Positions 1-13,384 of a stretch of DNA of 20,000 nt are shown piece by piece (the stretch's first letter is position 1; every line of letters starts with the position of its first letter). A model generated the notes under the pieces. That model saw only the letters and a program-made list of their open reading frames with translations, was not told the origin of the DNA and ran no database searches. A program made the translations under genes and the position numbers. Origin of the DNA: Chiloscyllium plagiosum (Eukaryota); contig NC_057719.1 in assembly GCF_004010195.1 (NCBI RefSeq), forward strand, positions 51,237,135 through 51,257,134, written 5' to 3'.

Positions 1-2544
1 TCTGAAGTCATTGACAGGATTCCATGTATGGATGAACTTACGGTATTGTACAATGGAATTATAATGAAGTCAGAAAAATCAAACAGGCTTATGTAAATTC
101 CTTTTCTATTTTTGCGCCAGAATTTTCTGTGGTCTTACGTTAAACATATTAAAATATTTTTAATGTAGGGATTTTGAAACAGTATTAAATTGTATGTTGA
201 AATATTGTGAATCAGTACATCTATTATATGTAACTGATACCCTCTTTATCATAACTTCCGTGCAAAAATTCAGGCTGTGTCTAGTCTTGTAAATATTGCC
301 AATCAAATCCTTTATGAAGAAAACTTGAGTATTTCCAGTGCCTCATAGTGGCATGACTTCAGAGGTTGTCATTGCTAATTAATACTTTAGATTACACCTA
401 AATCGACAGTAAAAGAGGATGAGAGGTTAGGAAATACTTGTGGAAAAATAAACTTTAAAAATCTTTAGCTAGTTATTTTTACATTCAAACTTTTCCAACA
501 TCAAATTATGGTTTCAGTGGCTTTTCTTTTATAAACTGTAATTAAATAATGTAATTAAGATTACAGAGCTATGGAAAATAATAACAGATATAGCATAGAC
601 TTGTGTGGAAAATTGCCCTTCATGTTAACATACCCATGTTTTAGAAAGGCAGGCTCTTTGTTTATGCTGTTGCCAGAACTTTCTTCATTTGTACGCTGGC
701 TACTGCACCAGCTTATGGCTTCATTGATGTGGTTTCTTGTCGTGCACTTTGGTAACGAATCACTTGTTTGAAAGAAGTCTCGAAACAAGAAAATATGAAT
801 AGAAATCCGCCGTTGATTCTTAATCTGGATGTGCGTGAAAATAGTTTTGCCTATGATTATGGAAGATCATTCGTCACAAAGATCCAACACAAATAATTAA
901 GGATCTTTCTTACTTTCTTGATTAAAATCCAGATCAACCTGTAAATTGACAAAAAACCTGGAGGTTAATAAAACAGCCAGTTTTAGTTTGGGATCAGTAC
1001 ATGACATGTCAATGATTTCACCTGTCTGATATATGTCTTTGTTGTGCTCCCAATAATCCTGTGTTTGTTATGCAATTGAATTGTTAACAAAGGTATCATA
1101 AGTTCAAAAGCAGTTGTATCATAGCTCTAGCATTTCCATTTGAACATGAGCTGCACTGGTGACTTCAGAGCAAGAGCTGGCAATCTCTTTACTGTCCCTT
1201 GTCAACATCACAGCATAAACATTTCACATTTTAGAGGGAACTAAGATTAAAAATATTTCTTTCATTGAACAATGATACCTTGCAATTGAAATACTTAAAT
1301 TGTTGACAGGCAGCCGGTGTTAATTTACAAGAAGGCTGCTTCACAAAAAAACCATCAATTAAATGTGAGTAACTTTTATATATTTCTATTTTCAGGAGTG
1401 CAATTGTCACAAGATGGCATGAGGAAGACTGGCCTACTTGTTGCTCAAAGGAGTTCTCTTTCAGTTGGTTTGCCTGGTCATTCACTAAAAATATCATGAC
1501 AATTTGCAGTAATTTGGAGTCGTTCTCATGCACATGCTAAATATTCCTTCAAATAAGCAGCTATTTCATTGATGCTGCTGCAGGTAGGGCCTGGACTGCA
1601 AGGAGCCAGTATGTTGATGAGAAAAACTGCAACCCCAGTCAGTTAGAAAGGGATAATGAAGGGTTAGTGACCTTCACTTTATAGACTGGGAAGATGGTTC
1701 TGTTTGTGCACAACCAGTTTGAACCGATGCCCTTGATGTACTGTGGTGACATAAATTCAGTTGCTCACTTAAAATGGAACCTTTACACAGTATTAGGTAG
1801 TCAGCTGGGAAGAATTAGTGAATTTTCCTTTTTCAACTTAGCTATTTTTGTAATTTTGAAACATGTGCTTTATTGCCAATTAAATCTAAGACAAACAGTT
1901 TACTATAATGTTTCAGGTAGAAAACTGAACACTGAAATGTTTTTAACCTAATATTGCTTCTTCTGCTCCATCTGACTAAACTCGCAGCCATATTAGGTTG
2001 ATTTTGAATATATAATTAGAGTTTATGTTCAAGATTTTTAAATTGTATTTCTGAGTTTAAGGGTGTATTTATGTTGCAAGTATTGTGACAAAGTGGCTAA
2101 AATTACAGCTTATGGAAACAAATCTCAATTGAATCGAGTTGGAGAAGCTGAAGTGTATTGGGTGTGTAAACACTGTGGCTTATTCTCTCCTGCCAACCTT
2201 CAATCCCTCTTTGAAGTGACTGGAAACTTTTGTTTCCTGGAACTTCAGTGAAGAAAAGTGGGTGGAAATCCATTAGACAAGGTTCCTCCTACTTTTTGAT
2301 GCCATGGAATTTCTGGAACTTTTCCAAGTATTTGGAATGGGACCTGTGCTACAAGAGTCACAGACCTGACAATGTGATACCAATGATAGGAGGAGAGATT
2401 TTCAGTTTGGCCTCAGTTTCCTTCTTTAAGAACAGGCTACTTATGTCCCAAGAAACAAAAGATAGGCTTTGTTTCTTGACCCAAAGATTGGAATATCTGA
2501 GAACCACAATGTAATGTGGATCTCAAAAGTAAAATTAAAAATCT

Positions 2545-3023
2545 TTTATGAAGTATGAGCGTTGCTACCTTAGTGAAAATATCTTGTTCATCCCTCATTG
2601 CCCTTGAAAAAGCCACTGAAGTGCTACAGTCCATCTGGTGCAAGTACATATACAATGCTGTTAGAAACTAAGCTCCAAGGTTTTGATCAACTGAAAGAAT
2701 GGCAAAACAGTTTCAAGATAGAATGGTACATGACTTGGAAGGGAACTTGCAGATTGTGGTGTTCCCTTGCTTCTGTTGGCTTTTTTTTGATGGCAGATAG
2801 CATGGGTTTGAAAGGTGCTATCGAAGGAAGCATAATAAGTTGCTACAATGCATCTATTCCCTTAGTACACTGTTGCCTCCTTGCGTCATTGCTGGAGGAA
2901 GTCAACGTTTAAGTTGGTGGAATGGCTGCCAATCTACTGGACTTGTGAGCACGGCTGGAACCCCATTCATTCAGGAAAGTGGAGAGAATCCTATTACATC
3001 CCTGATTTATGTCCTGTAGATGG
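2545..3023 (-). mobile_element. Decayed 3' end of a CR1/L2-group LINE (ORF2 C-terminal remnant plus 3' tail)
   Basis: The minus strand of about 2940-3020 translates to IYRT*IRDVIGFSPLS*MNGVPAVLTS, resembling the post-RT 'IYKAQVRSVMEYSPLAW' segment of this LINE group. The tail motif catccctcattgcccttgaa near 2589 resembles the tail of the SINE near 11780. Boundaries are approximate. Confidence 0.6.
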
Positions 3024-3654
3024 ATTACAATTGTAGCCAATATACAACTTTAATTTTAATTTAATACCCGAGCGATTATCCACAACATGCCATGGACCTA
3101 GCACATGTGCAGATGGGGCCATGATAACAGTGTGCCATGAAGAGTCACAGAAATGTCTGTGCTTGTGCCACTGATGTCATTGTGTTCAATGCTTGGTGAG
3201 GACATAAACACATGTAGAGATGACCCACACTGAGGCTGCACATGCGTAAAGAGCCTGGGAGGCTAAGGGTTAGGGGAAGGTGGAGTAGGTCTCTGCTGCC
3301 CAAGGAGGTGCCAGAACATTGTGCGTGGGGCTAGGGCTGCTGCTACACACCATAGGCTTGAACAAGGAAGTGAAGGGGAAGAAGCAAGTGGGGGAACAGG
3401 CTTAGAAGCAGCCCCAGACTCAGTTCTAGGAAGAACAAGGCGCGAGCTGAGTCTGGTGAAGGAGTAATGGAAAGAAGACACCACCTGAAGGGGGAAGAGG
3501 AACTCTAAATGTCCGCACCACTTGTTCCATGTAAAATATTAAAGTAAAAACACTGGTTTCTGGTAAGAGAGGAGCCTCTTGTGTTGTTATGTACATTCTG
3601 ATTATTTTAACTCTCAAAGTGAAGCGAAGGAATATATTGTTGTAAATCTGAATT

Positions 3655-3830
3655 CATATGCAGACCAGTTAAGGATGCCATATTGCCTTCTCTAAAGTAA
3701 ATTTCAACTTCAATTCCAGATTAATTAACTAAATTTAGATTTCTATCAGCTGTTGAACTGAGAAATGAATATGTATCCCTAAAGCCTTAGACTGGGCCTC
3801 TATTGACATTACCACTATGCCATATACTCC
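3655..3830 (-). mobile_element. Internally deleted, old copy of the tRNA-derived SINE seen at 11733-12112
   Basis: Collinear blocks match that copy: taaggatgccatattgccttctctaaag vs taagaatggcagatttccttccctgaag; ttcaattccagattaattaactaaatttagatttctatcagctg vs ttcaattctagatttattgattaattgaatttaaatttcattagctg; both end with an A-box-like ...ccactatgcca/ctattacacca...cc. Confidence 0.6.
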
Positions 3831-4790
3831 TAACAGTTTTCACATTCCTCAACAGGGACCTCTTAATCCCTTTAACTCTTATTTGATGATGTGATGGCCA
3901 GGTCTACAGGCATTGATTTTGCCTCTGATTGATTAGCATCAGTTCTCCAAAGGATAGGGCTGAGCCAAGGGTGCACCAGAGTACATTAATTACCTGGCCC
4001 CCTACTTTTGGGTATTTGTGACCTAAATTTACTTTACTTTGTTTGACCTGGAGTAACAGGGGAGGCATTTGATTAAAGTTTTAGCCAGTTTGTGTGAAGG
4101 CTGCATATGCATATGACCATACATGTTGAAGCTCTGTTTAAGGTAGGCTAATTAGAGTATGAGATAGGCAGTATACACAGATACTGGAAAGCAATGGTGC
4201 CCCTACTGCCCTCGTTTTAGTACATCTGAAAGTATCCATTTACTTTTAGATGTAAATTTCTGAAAGAAATTTTTGTTGTCATCTCTATATTCCTAGCCAC
4301 AGATTAACAATATATAATAATATGCAGAAGTTTTTTGCTGCAGGGAATTGACAAACTTGAAGTATTTTCTTCCAGAAGCAATGCTTGAGTACACGAATAG
4401 GTGCTTTAATGGCACTTGAATAAAAATGGATTACAGTAGACAGACTCACTGCATCATTACTTACTGTGTAGTTGCTGAAGTTCAACAAGTTGCCACACAC
4501 ATTCACAGCACAACTAGATCAAACCAGTTTTCAAACATAATAGCCTCAATCTTCAGTGAGTAACATGAATTGATTTATTCTGGGATTAAAGCAATAATCA
4601 TTGGTGGTTAGGTTAATATTGAGGTTGTAGCAATTTTAAAGAAAGTCTTTGACGCAAAATTTATTGGGTATGGATTGTAAACATCATTACACTATTTATA
4701 TACATAGGCTATAATATATTTGTGAAAAGTAAAGTGCTTTGGCAACTTACACACTACTAAGCTTGAAAGAAAGTGAGTTGGTGGGAATGT

Positions 4791-4804
4791 GAGAGAGAGA
4801 GAGA
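4791..4804. repeat. (GA)7 microsatellite
   Basis: gagagagagagaga read directly. Confidence 0.8.
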
Positions 4805-6141
4805 CCACTGCATGGGAATGCAAATGGTCTTCAGCGCCATGATGTCTGCTAGTTTCTGAAATTGAGGCATTTCCACACTCAGCAGCACTTACATCATTTT
4901 AGATTTCAAAGGCACTTTACATTAGAGGAGAGAAGCTGATGATAAATGAATGCCTCTTCTACTTAAATGCACACATTAGTGTAAACAACCCAATGTTCAG
5001 GGAATTAGCAACATTGTAAATGCATGGTGGCGTGCATCTATGAATCTTCCATCAGGCTAAGGCTGTCTGATCCTACAAAGTAAACACTGAGCTATTTCTG
5101 TGAAGTTTCCCTTCTGGGTTTCTAAGCAGTGCAGCCCAACCTGGCTCTGTGAAACATGGGAAAAGCATTGAACAGCAGCTGTTCCTGCTAACTATGAAAA
5201 TATCTTTGGAGGTCCATTTGTGATATTAGCCTGTAAAGTTTGCGTTATATTGCACATTGGGCAAATTCTTCCTTATGCTATCTTCAACTTGGGTGTATTT
5301 AATCATCTGAACACAGGGTTTGGAGGAAAATCTGCTGAGGAGATCACATACTCTTAAATTTATCAATTTCAATTGACTTTTAGAAACACTGAATTACTCT
5401 GAGTGCATGCTACAGTTTGGCTTTCGCTCTGTTCCATAATCTGAAATACAACCTAGCTGCTGCCTGATCCAGTCACTTAGTCTCTGAAGGCTGGGATGTA
5501 TTATCTATGTCCTATTCCCTTTTAGATACAATGGGTAATTGAGCAAGAGGAGTAATATACATCAATGTTGTGAGGAAAACAGGACAAATACACGCTGATA
5601 GAGTAGTTATCTGAAGTGGGCTGAAATGGACCCATTTCCACTAATACTATTTGATGGTTTACAGAGTAAGTATTATAGTTACACCCTTCCTTTCCAAGAT
5701 TTTTGTCCAGAAATGTGACTGTTAACCCCTCAACCACGGGAGATTTTTGGTTCATGTTTACACTACAACTGTCACAGCTGGTTTGTATAATTCCAGTAGA
5801 GGACCTCTTACCAGTGAGAAACAGAGTCAACTGTTTGTATAAATATCCTTCACAACTCCAGGATTATTTCTTGGAAGTTTAACCAATGCTAATGCTAACA
5901 CTGAACTCACAAAGTGTAAATGTAACTTCTGAGAGAGGGGTTCTGTAGTGCCTGTAAGTATCATAAATGATTTGAAATTTTATCCAGATCTGAAAAGTTG
6001 AGGTTGACTGGCTGGAACTTGAAGTAGTAGCTGAAGTCGAAATGTACCAAAAAGTAAGACATTCTTTATGTGGCAAAAAAAAAACCACAGCACAGTCAGT
6101 CCATTTAAGCTGATTCTACACTGCCGCTTGCTTGGGCTCAG

Positions 6142-6171
6142 TTCTGGGAGTCAGATTCTAGGAGTCAGATT
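6142..6171. repeat. Short tandem duplication, 14-bp unit x2
   Basis: ttctgggagtcaga / ttctaggagtcaga (one mismatch). Confidence 0.7.
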
Positions 6172-9100
6172 AGGAAATTTAGTTGGGTAAATTCCAGTAC
6201 TGAGGTTCAATTGCATAAATTATTATGATTTAAATAATGCCTTTCTAAAAACTTGAAAATATTTCTAATGTTTTCTGCTCTGCAGGAGGAAATAATTCCA
6301 GAGTGTATTGCATTTGAGACACCCAGGACAACTGCTGTTAATTGTTACTCAGTGAGATCTGCTCAAAATGCCCAAATGTAGATAGCAGATCACAAAAGAC
6401 TTAATTGTTTTTAATAAGTTGGTTGTTTGTCCCAGTGTCAGGTCTGCCTCACCCATCTTTCTAAATACATTCACTCTAACTTGGATAATCCATCCATAGG
6501 AGTTTGCTGTTCTCTTGAACTTTGCCCAAATGGTCATTCTTCAAATGTGTGCCATGTTGTTTTGGCTAGGTATTCAATGAGAGATGGCACAATAGGCAGG
6601 CACTGGTGCTAAGCACAACCCATTCAACAAACAATCTTAAATATAACTTGGCAGCAGTTATCAAGTGTCATTGTTTTTAGACCTCGACCACTGCTCTCCT
6701 GCTCCAGCCTCCCTCATTTCATTTGACCACCGCTGCCGATTCTAATGCAACTGTAATGATTCAGCATAATGACCCCAAGATGATCTGTGTGACTAGTAGC
6801 ACATTTTGTACATTGAGCAGTGATAGGAAGAGATTTCGGATGTTGTGACAGTTTTTACAATATATAGCTAGTTTCCAGCGACTTGTTTACATGAAGAAAT
6901 TGACCATCTTTTGCCAAAAAAAAGTATAAGCTGGTAGCAAATTCCAGTCAAATTCTGTTTATTGTGAAAGGGCCACTCTGACTTGGAATTGAATTTACTT
7001 TTTTTTGTTTATGGAACGAATGCAGTAGTCTGTGTAAGAATTTTACTTCAAATGGAAAGCTCAGCACAAAAGCCCACTCTTTCTCTTCAATTAACCAAAT
7101 AAGGCTGTTTGGTCGCAAGGCGATACTTCCATGTTGTAATCTAGAATATATCACATATTTAGTTTATAATGTGAGTTTTGCTTCCACAGCCTCAAGTCCC
7201 TTTTTCACACCAGCAAGTTTGAAAAAAGTAACACGATATATGTAGAAAAAAAATTAAAGATCACAGTTACATTACAGAGCTCACTCTGTTTCACAAAGAG
7301 TCCTTTTGTACTATGCCAATGTCGTCATTCAGCCAGCACTTATACCAGAGATAAATGTTCTTGGGTTTGTGAGTACATGAAGACTCAGAAGTAGTAATTC
7401 ATCTTGGGTGGTAAGGCAGAATGGTTTTGCATCAGTCACCCTTTGTACACCAGCCTGATATTCAGCTATTGGAACAACAAGGATAGACGAAAAGAATGAT
7501 AATACAACATTTGAGGGTATGGGGGTGAATTTGGAAAGTTAATGTCATGAATGACTATAATGAAATTTTAACTAGGGCATGAATAAGAGACCAGTGGAAA
7601 GAATGTCAGGCTTGTCCCAATTCCTCAATGTAATTTACCTGGGCCATATATTAGTTACCATAATCTTGCTCTTTCATGTGGACACCAATGACATGAGGTT
7701 GGTTGGGTGGGCCTGCAGCAGGAGACCTAAGGGAACTGTCCTTAGCACTCAGGCAAGATTTGGAAGGTGGTCAAGAGAAAGAAGAGAAACTTGAAGAAGC
7801 CGTGTCCCAGTGTTTCCTCGTGGAACCTGAAGAAACCACATGGAAACTTAAATATTTCAAATGAACTAAATTTGTTTTCCATGTTTTGAGTTGACTTTGT
7901 CAAGGCACCTTGTTTCCGTGGTGCATGATGGGAGCCTTGTGTCACAATGCAAGTGTTGATGTTTGCTTGCCTGGGGCAACATTGTCACATGATGCCTGAA
8001 AGAGGTCTGTTTAAAATGGCACCGCAGCTAGGTCAAATGCAAATCAGATTGTCACATCGCTAAAAATTTAAACCTTAATACACTTTCTCTTTGGTTAAGG
8101 GTGTGACAGGGGAAGGCATTGGATAAGATTATGCTATTTTTGTAAAATCCTTAAAAATCACTCAGACTTTCATTTTGTAATTGGTTCAGATTTTATGAAT
8201 TAATGAAACATCCTGCCTTCCCCCATTCCCAAGGAACATTGTTAATAGTTTTGTACAACTGCAAGCTGTTATCACAATCTTGCTGTTTTTCTTCCCTTCC
8301 CAAAGGGCACCAGATGGATGTCAAATAAATGAAAGAATGCACACTCGCACCCATCAAACAGAAAGAAAAATCAACTCAGGTTTGGTCAGCATTTCTCAAG
8401 TACATGTCTAGCCCATGAGCTGCAGAAAAATTCCTTACTATTACAGAAGACGTGAAAATTAAACTAACCATGTAATAAGATTACCCTGCACACCGGGTGT
8501 CCTTGCAATACCTTACTGCTACTACAATTTTATTGGCCACTAGGGGAATTACTTACTCTGCACCTCGCCACGAGACACAGAACTGCACTGTTCTAAAGAT
8601 TTTGATATAATCCTGTCTGACAGAAATAGCATTTATGTTTCACTCTGTGTATGGAGCATGGCTACTTTGTTTGAATGTTGTGTCTACCATTTTTCCTTTC
8701 AATTGTAGAATTAAAATGGTGCAAATGTAGGCAAATGCATTAGTGTTGTAGTTGCTGGCTAAAAACCATCAATTCTCTTTTTGCCTCATGCACTCATTTG
8801 CATTCAGCTGTTTAGTTCACACTTGTACTGCATCTTGTTAGGAATGCTGTCACTATATTTAAACAGATGCCCGAACATACAGCAATGGAGCTCATTCTCT
8901 GAATTATTTGCAGCAATCGACCATTTTGCAGTGAGATATCATCTGGCGTGATGAATTGCTGCAGCAATACTCAAAGATTGTGCTTATATGTATTTGTTTC
9001 TTTGATCCTGAAAAATATCTGTCATACTATGCCACATTCTTCAGGTTATGCTGTTCCATCTAAACAGGTTAATACAAAAATAAAAGGGATTAATTTATTT

Positions 9101-9661
9101 GCAGTTTTTACCAACATTCTCTTCTGACACAACCAATCTCCTTTCTCTGATATCTGTATGGAATTAAGAGCAAAATTGACTGGACACACCACCCCCCGCC
9201 CCCCCTGCCATTCCCATCTCCCCACCATTTTGTTTGGCAACATTTAAAACCAGCATATTTTTAATTCAAAACCTAATTTAGTTAAAGCAGTGTATTACCA
9301 TGGCATTTTTTAAATCAAACAAATATGTATACTCATAAAAAGGTAATGAAGCCAGCAATTTAATTAGCTATTGATTATTTGCAATCTATTCGTTTACATT
9401 TAACAAAGATGAAATCATGTAAGGGGCACAGCATCTGTTATAGTACTGATCTAGTACAAGTGCAGGAAGCTGCAGCAGATTTTAAGCAAAGATTTTGTAT
9501 TCCAGGCAACTGCAATGGAAATAGTGTTCCTGAGCCATAAAATGATTAACAATAGCCCTGATTCTCCAAATTATTATAACTTTCTGTTTAAATAGGAGTC
9601 TTAGAATAGCAAGTGAAGCCAAAGATATCTTACATTTTACTCTACTTCAGCAACATTTTGT

Positions 9662-10043
9662 GTTAGCTGTGGCTTAGAAAGTACCATTCTCAAATGTGTC
9701 AGAACACTACGAGTTAAAGTCTGAGTCTAGAAACCTGAACTGGTAATCTGTAACTTCAGTAAAGTACAAAGGATGTGCTGCATTGTTGAGATGTCCTCTT
9801 AGGTGGTTGTAAAAGATCCCCTGGCATTACTTGAAGAAGAAGAACAGCAGAGATCTCTTGATCTCCAGGTCAACCTTTACTCCTAAGCGAACACCTAAAA
9901 CAGAAGATATAGTGTTGTATTTAATTGCTGCTTATGGGTGCCTGCTGTATGCACATTGACTTACATGTTTCTTAGATTACAATAATGCTTACACCTCTGG
10001 GACATGCAGAGTTTTGCAAAATATATGAATGCAAGCCTATGTT
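9662..10043 (+). mobile_element. Deu-domain SINE (SacSINE1/AmnSINE-like), decayed
   Basis: Deu-domain-like core ctcttaggtggttgtaaaagatcccctggcattacttgaagaagaag (about 9796-9847), followed by attgctgcttatgggtgcctgctgtatgcacattg and an L2-like tail ending tatatgaatgcaag. The tRNA-like head near 9662 is degenerate. Confidence 0.7.
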
Positions 10044-11732
10044 TAATTTCATAAGTCCCACGCAGATCCTGCTTCGGGACCACCTTTGAAGAATTCTGAG
10101 TGCCATCAAAACTAGTACAGATTTAGAAGGCCCATAGTGCTGAGTTCAGTGATTGCAGCCACTAGGGAGACTGGTGTTACAATTGGGCTCAATGGCTCTG
10201 AACTGTTAGGAGGGTGAGGGATGAAGGTAATGAACCCCAGATGAATCAAAATGAATAGGTTTTGTTTTTGTCATTTTCTAAGAGATTTTAAGAGATTTTC
10301 AGGCAGGTCTCTGCAGTATATATTTAATATAAAGCCTCCACTTACAGTAAACTTGTGTTGCTTGTTTGGGAAGAAAGATTAATATCAAATAGTTCTTGTC
10401 CTGATTTATAGTATGAAAGAACAAAATATAATAACTGATTTCATTTAAAAAAGTTCTGTTGTTACTTTGCCTTCACCTTTGTTGATTCAAGTTAATGTAA
10501 ACTAGTCAGCGTGAATTCTCAAAATACTTTGACTGGATTAAAGGCACTTGACAACTAACCATTACAAAGTAGGATATTTTCAGAATCACCAAAATAATTG
10601 TAGGATTCATATCATACTTCAAGATTTGATTACTTTTGGTAACTATTCCAGTAAAATGTCACACACTGAATCATTTTGTTTTAAAAAAAATACTATAGGT
10701 TACAAGAGCTCTCTAAGATTAATAAGTTCTAAACAAAGGCAAGGAAGATAGTGCAATGACTTTTATTTTTTCTATGTTAAGAATGAATCTGATGTCATAA
10801 AGTACATATATTGCATTGCAGATGAACCTTCATTTAAAGGTTAATTGGCTGTGCACCTTTAGTTGCTCACTACAGTGTAACTAGATTTCATTTATCCTGA
10901 GTATGATGTTTTTAAGCCAAAGGCAGTCATAAGACCTGAAATGATTGGATACACTTATTCAAAATTAATATGAAAAACTATTTCATTCATAGTGTTCGCT
11001 TGTTGAACAATGACCTTTTGCAAAGGTTTGCAAATAGTGAACCCCTGCTTTGAAATAGATGTCCCTGATTACACCGCAGCCACCTAACCTCTCAAGGGAT
11101 CCGTGTCTCCTGCCCGTGTAATATTAAACAGCTTTAGCTGCAGGCAAATGTCAAATTCCATTCTCATTCTGAGGCCCTTTAAAGAAACAGTATCCCCTTT
11201 ATGTTAGTTTATGCAAGCCATATTTCAAAAATTGTAAAAATAAACCACATGCTATGTACCTATCAATATTCCACTACCTTCAGATAACAAAGATTTAATT
11301 GATCAAAACAAAATAATGCATTTTTAAAATTAAAAAAGTGTTTGTTTTAAATTGATGCATATTAATGAAGAAAAACAAACTATTGCTATAACATTATTAA
11401 TTGAAAGAGGTGTTGTTTCAAATATGTTAAGAAAAAGGCACAATATCTTTAAGTATGAGAAGCTTCTGGAAAATGAATAGCAGTACAAATAACAAGTTTT
11501 ATTAGAAGAGTGTTTCTATTATATTCAATTTGATCCTCAGAAGTACTTATTCTAGACTAACTTGTTTTGGGTACGAGTTGTGTGTACATTTGTAACTATT
11601 ATATTTTGATTAGAAGGCCTATTAAGGAGATGTCATAAGATTATCATACTAGCGTTTAGCAAACTACTGATTTGCTTGTACAAGAAAAATATGAAAAAAT
11701 ATCTCCATCTTTCATTTTTACTTTTTTAAAAA

Positions 11733-12112
11733 TTGTATCATGAGAAATGGATGTCAGTGGCAAGGACAGCATTTGCTGCCCATCATCAATTGCCCACGAA
11801 CTGAAAGGCTTGCTCAGTCATTTTGGAGAGCTTTAAAGAGTCAGATACAATTCTGTGATTTTGGAACCACATATAGGCCAGAGGAACTAAGAATGGCAGA
11901 TTTCCTTCCCTGAAGGACAATGGTGAATTTTTTAATGAAAGTTGACTGTTGCTAGTTTATCATTACAAAGCTTTCAATTCTAGATTTATTGATTAATTGA
12001 ATTTAAATTTCATTAGCTGCTGTGGTAGGATTTGAACCTATATCAGTAGAAACTTAACTTGGACCTTTGGATTACTAGCTCAGTGACTGTACTATTACAC
12101 CATCACTTCCCC
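11733..12112 (-). mobile_element. tRNA-derived elasmobranch SINE, near full length, with LINE-derived tail
   Basis: On the minus strand the head begins GGGGAAGTGATGGTGTAATAGT (A-box-like), with B box GGTTCAAATCC (plus-strand ggatttgaacc 12028-12038). The tail cagcatttgctgcccatcatcaattgccc resembles the LINE tail near 2589, and a T-rich tract lies just outside the 3' end. Confidence 0.75.
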
Positions 12113-12557
12113 TTTAGCATCAAAAATACCTATTTTCACAAAAATGAAGTAAAGTTAGCAGTATCCACCAACGTCTACAGGAATGTGAAAAGAGATTCTT
12201 AACTTTCTCTGCAAACTGGAAACAGGGCAGTCAGGAATTAAAATCAACACTGGGGAGAACCCACTCATTTATCTTTCTCCACCACATTACTGCAGACCCC
12301 CCAATAATAAATGTCAAATTATTTTTTGGGACTAGAGAAGGAGGAAAACCCGCTCTACGCTTCACAACAATAGAGTGATTGCTGCTGCATCTACCTGATT
12401 ATACTCCCTCCTACACCTTCTTTGCGAGCTCATTACCAGGTACTCATTTGGTATAAGTTAATTCACGAGATAGAGAGCAATGTGTTAGAACCAATTGCAT
12501 TGCTGAAACTGTCAGACTCTCAATGGAACAAACATGGGATGAATCCTATAATGGTTA

Positions 12558-12876
12558 AGATTAGATTAGATTAGATTACTTACAGTGTGGGAACAGGCCC
12601 TTCGACCCAACAAGTCCACACCGACCCGCAACCCACCCAGACTCATTCCCCTACACTTACCCCTTCACCTAACACTATGGGCAATTTAGCATGGCCAGTT
12701 CACCTAACCTGCACATTTTTGGATTGTGGGGGGAAACTGGAGCACCCGGAGGAAACCTACGCAGACACGGGGAGAACGTGCAAACTCCACATAGTCAGTC
12801 GCCTGAGACGGGAATTGAACCCAGGTCTCTGGCACTGTCAGGCAGCAGTGCTAACCACTGTGCCACCATGCTGCCC
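12558..12876 (-). mobile_element. HE1-type V-SINE, full length, well preserved
   Basis: Minus-strand A box TGGCACAGTGG (12855-12865) and B box GGTTCAATTCC (12811-12821). The V-domain reads TGTGGAGTTTGCACGTTCTCCCCGTGTCTGCGTAGGTTTCCTCCGGGTGCTCCAGTTT. The CR1/HER1-type 3' end AAGGGCCTGTTCCCACACTGTA is followed by a 5-bp tail repeat (AGATT x4, 12558-12577). Confidence 0.93.
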
Positions 12877-13384
12877 ATATGTTAACTTTGACATATTACC
12901 ACCCAACCAGGGAATTGGAAGTTATCTGAATGCTATTAGCATATTTTGTGCAGGCTCCAGATAATGTAACATTATATGTATAGTGAGAATATGAGGTTTT
13001 CAATTATTGATAAAACCACCATCTCCATCCCCCCCTCTCCAACCACCTCCCACTATAGGAAACTTGCAGGAGTCACAAAGGTTTGTGCCCTTCCTTGTCG
13101 CTGTCCTGAGCACATTTAATCATCTTGGGGTTCCATTACCTAATCGACCTTTGAATATTAGAAGTCATGGCCCTCGCATCCAACTGAAATAGATTTAAAA
13201 GAAACTTCAATGAGTTTAAGGTATGGCAGCACAATTAAATAATCAACTTGCCACAGTTATTATCCAAATGAGGTAATATGACCTGCAGCTTGTTATTTTC
13301 AGCACATTATATTTATTGCAGTCATAAATGCAAATCCCTGCAACATGCAATTAATAAGGTTGTGCTTGTCTTTAATACTTGGAC

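Noticed and set aside
561..2514. Short ORFs of 60-100 aa on both strands
   Set aside because: No recognisable domain, composition typical of random AT-rich DNA, many non-ATG starts and no convincing splice structure.
3240..3510. Purine/GC-richer stretch with ORF 3263..3484
   Set aside because: Low-complexity translation, no recognisable family or splice signals; it may be an unidentified repeat relic.
5988..6053. Exon-like segment between ttttatccag and gtaaga
   Set aside because: All three plus-strand frames contain a stop, so it is not supportable as a coding exon.
11314..11364. Imperfect AT-rich hairpin (taatgcat...atgcatatta)
   Set aside because: Short, interrupted pairing expected by chance in very AT-rich DNA.
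12805..12876. tRNA gene
   Set aside because: The A and B boxes belong to the SINE head and continue directly into the V-domain.
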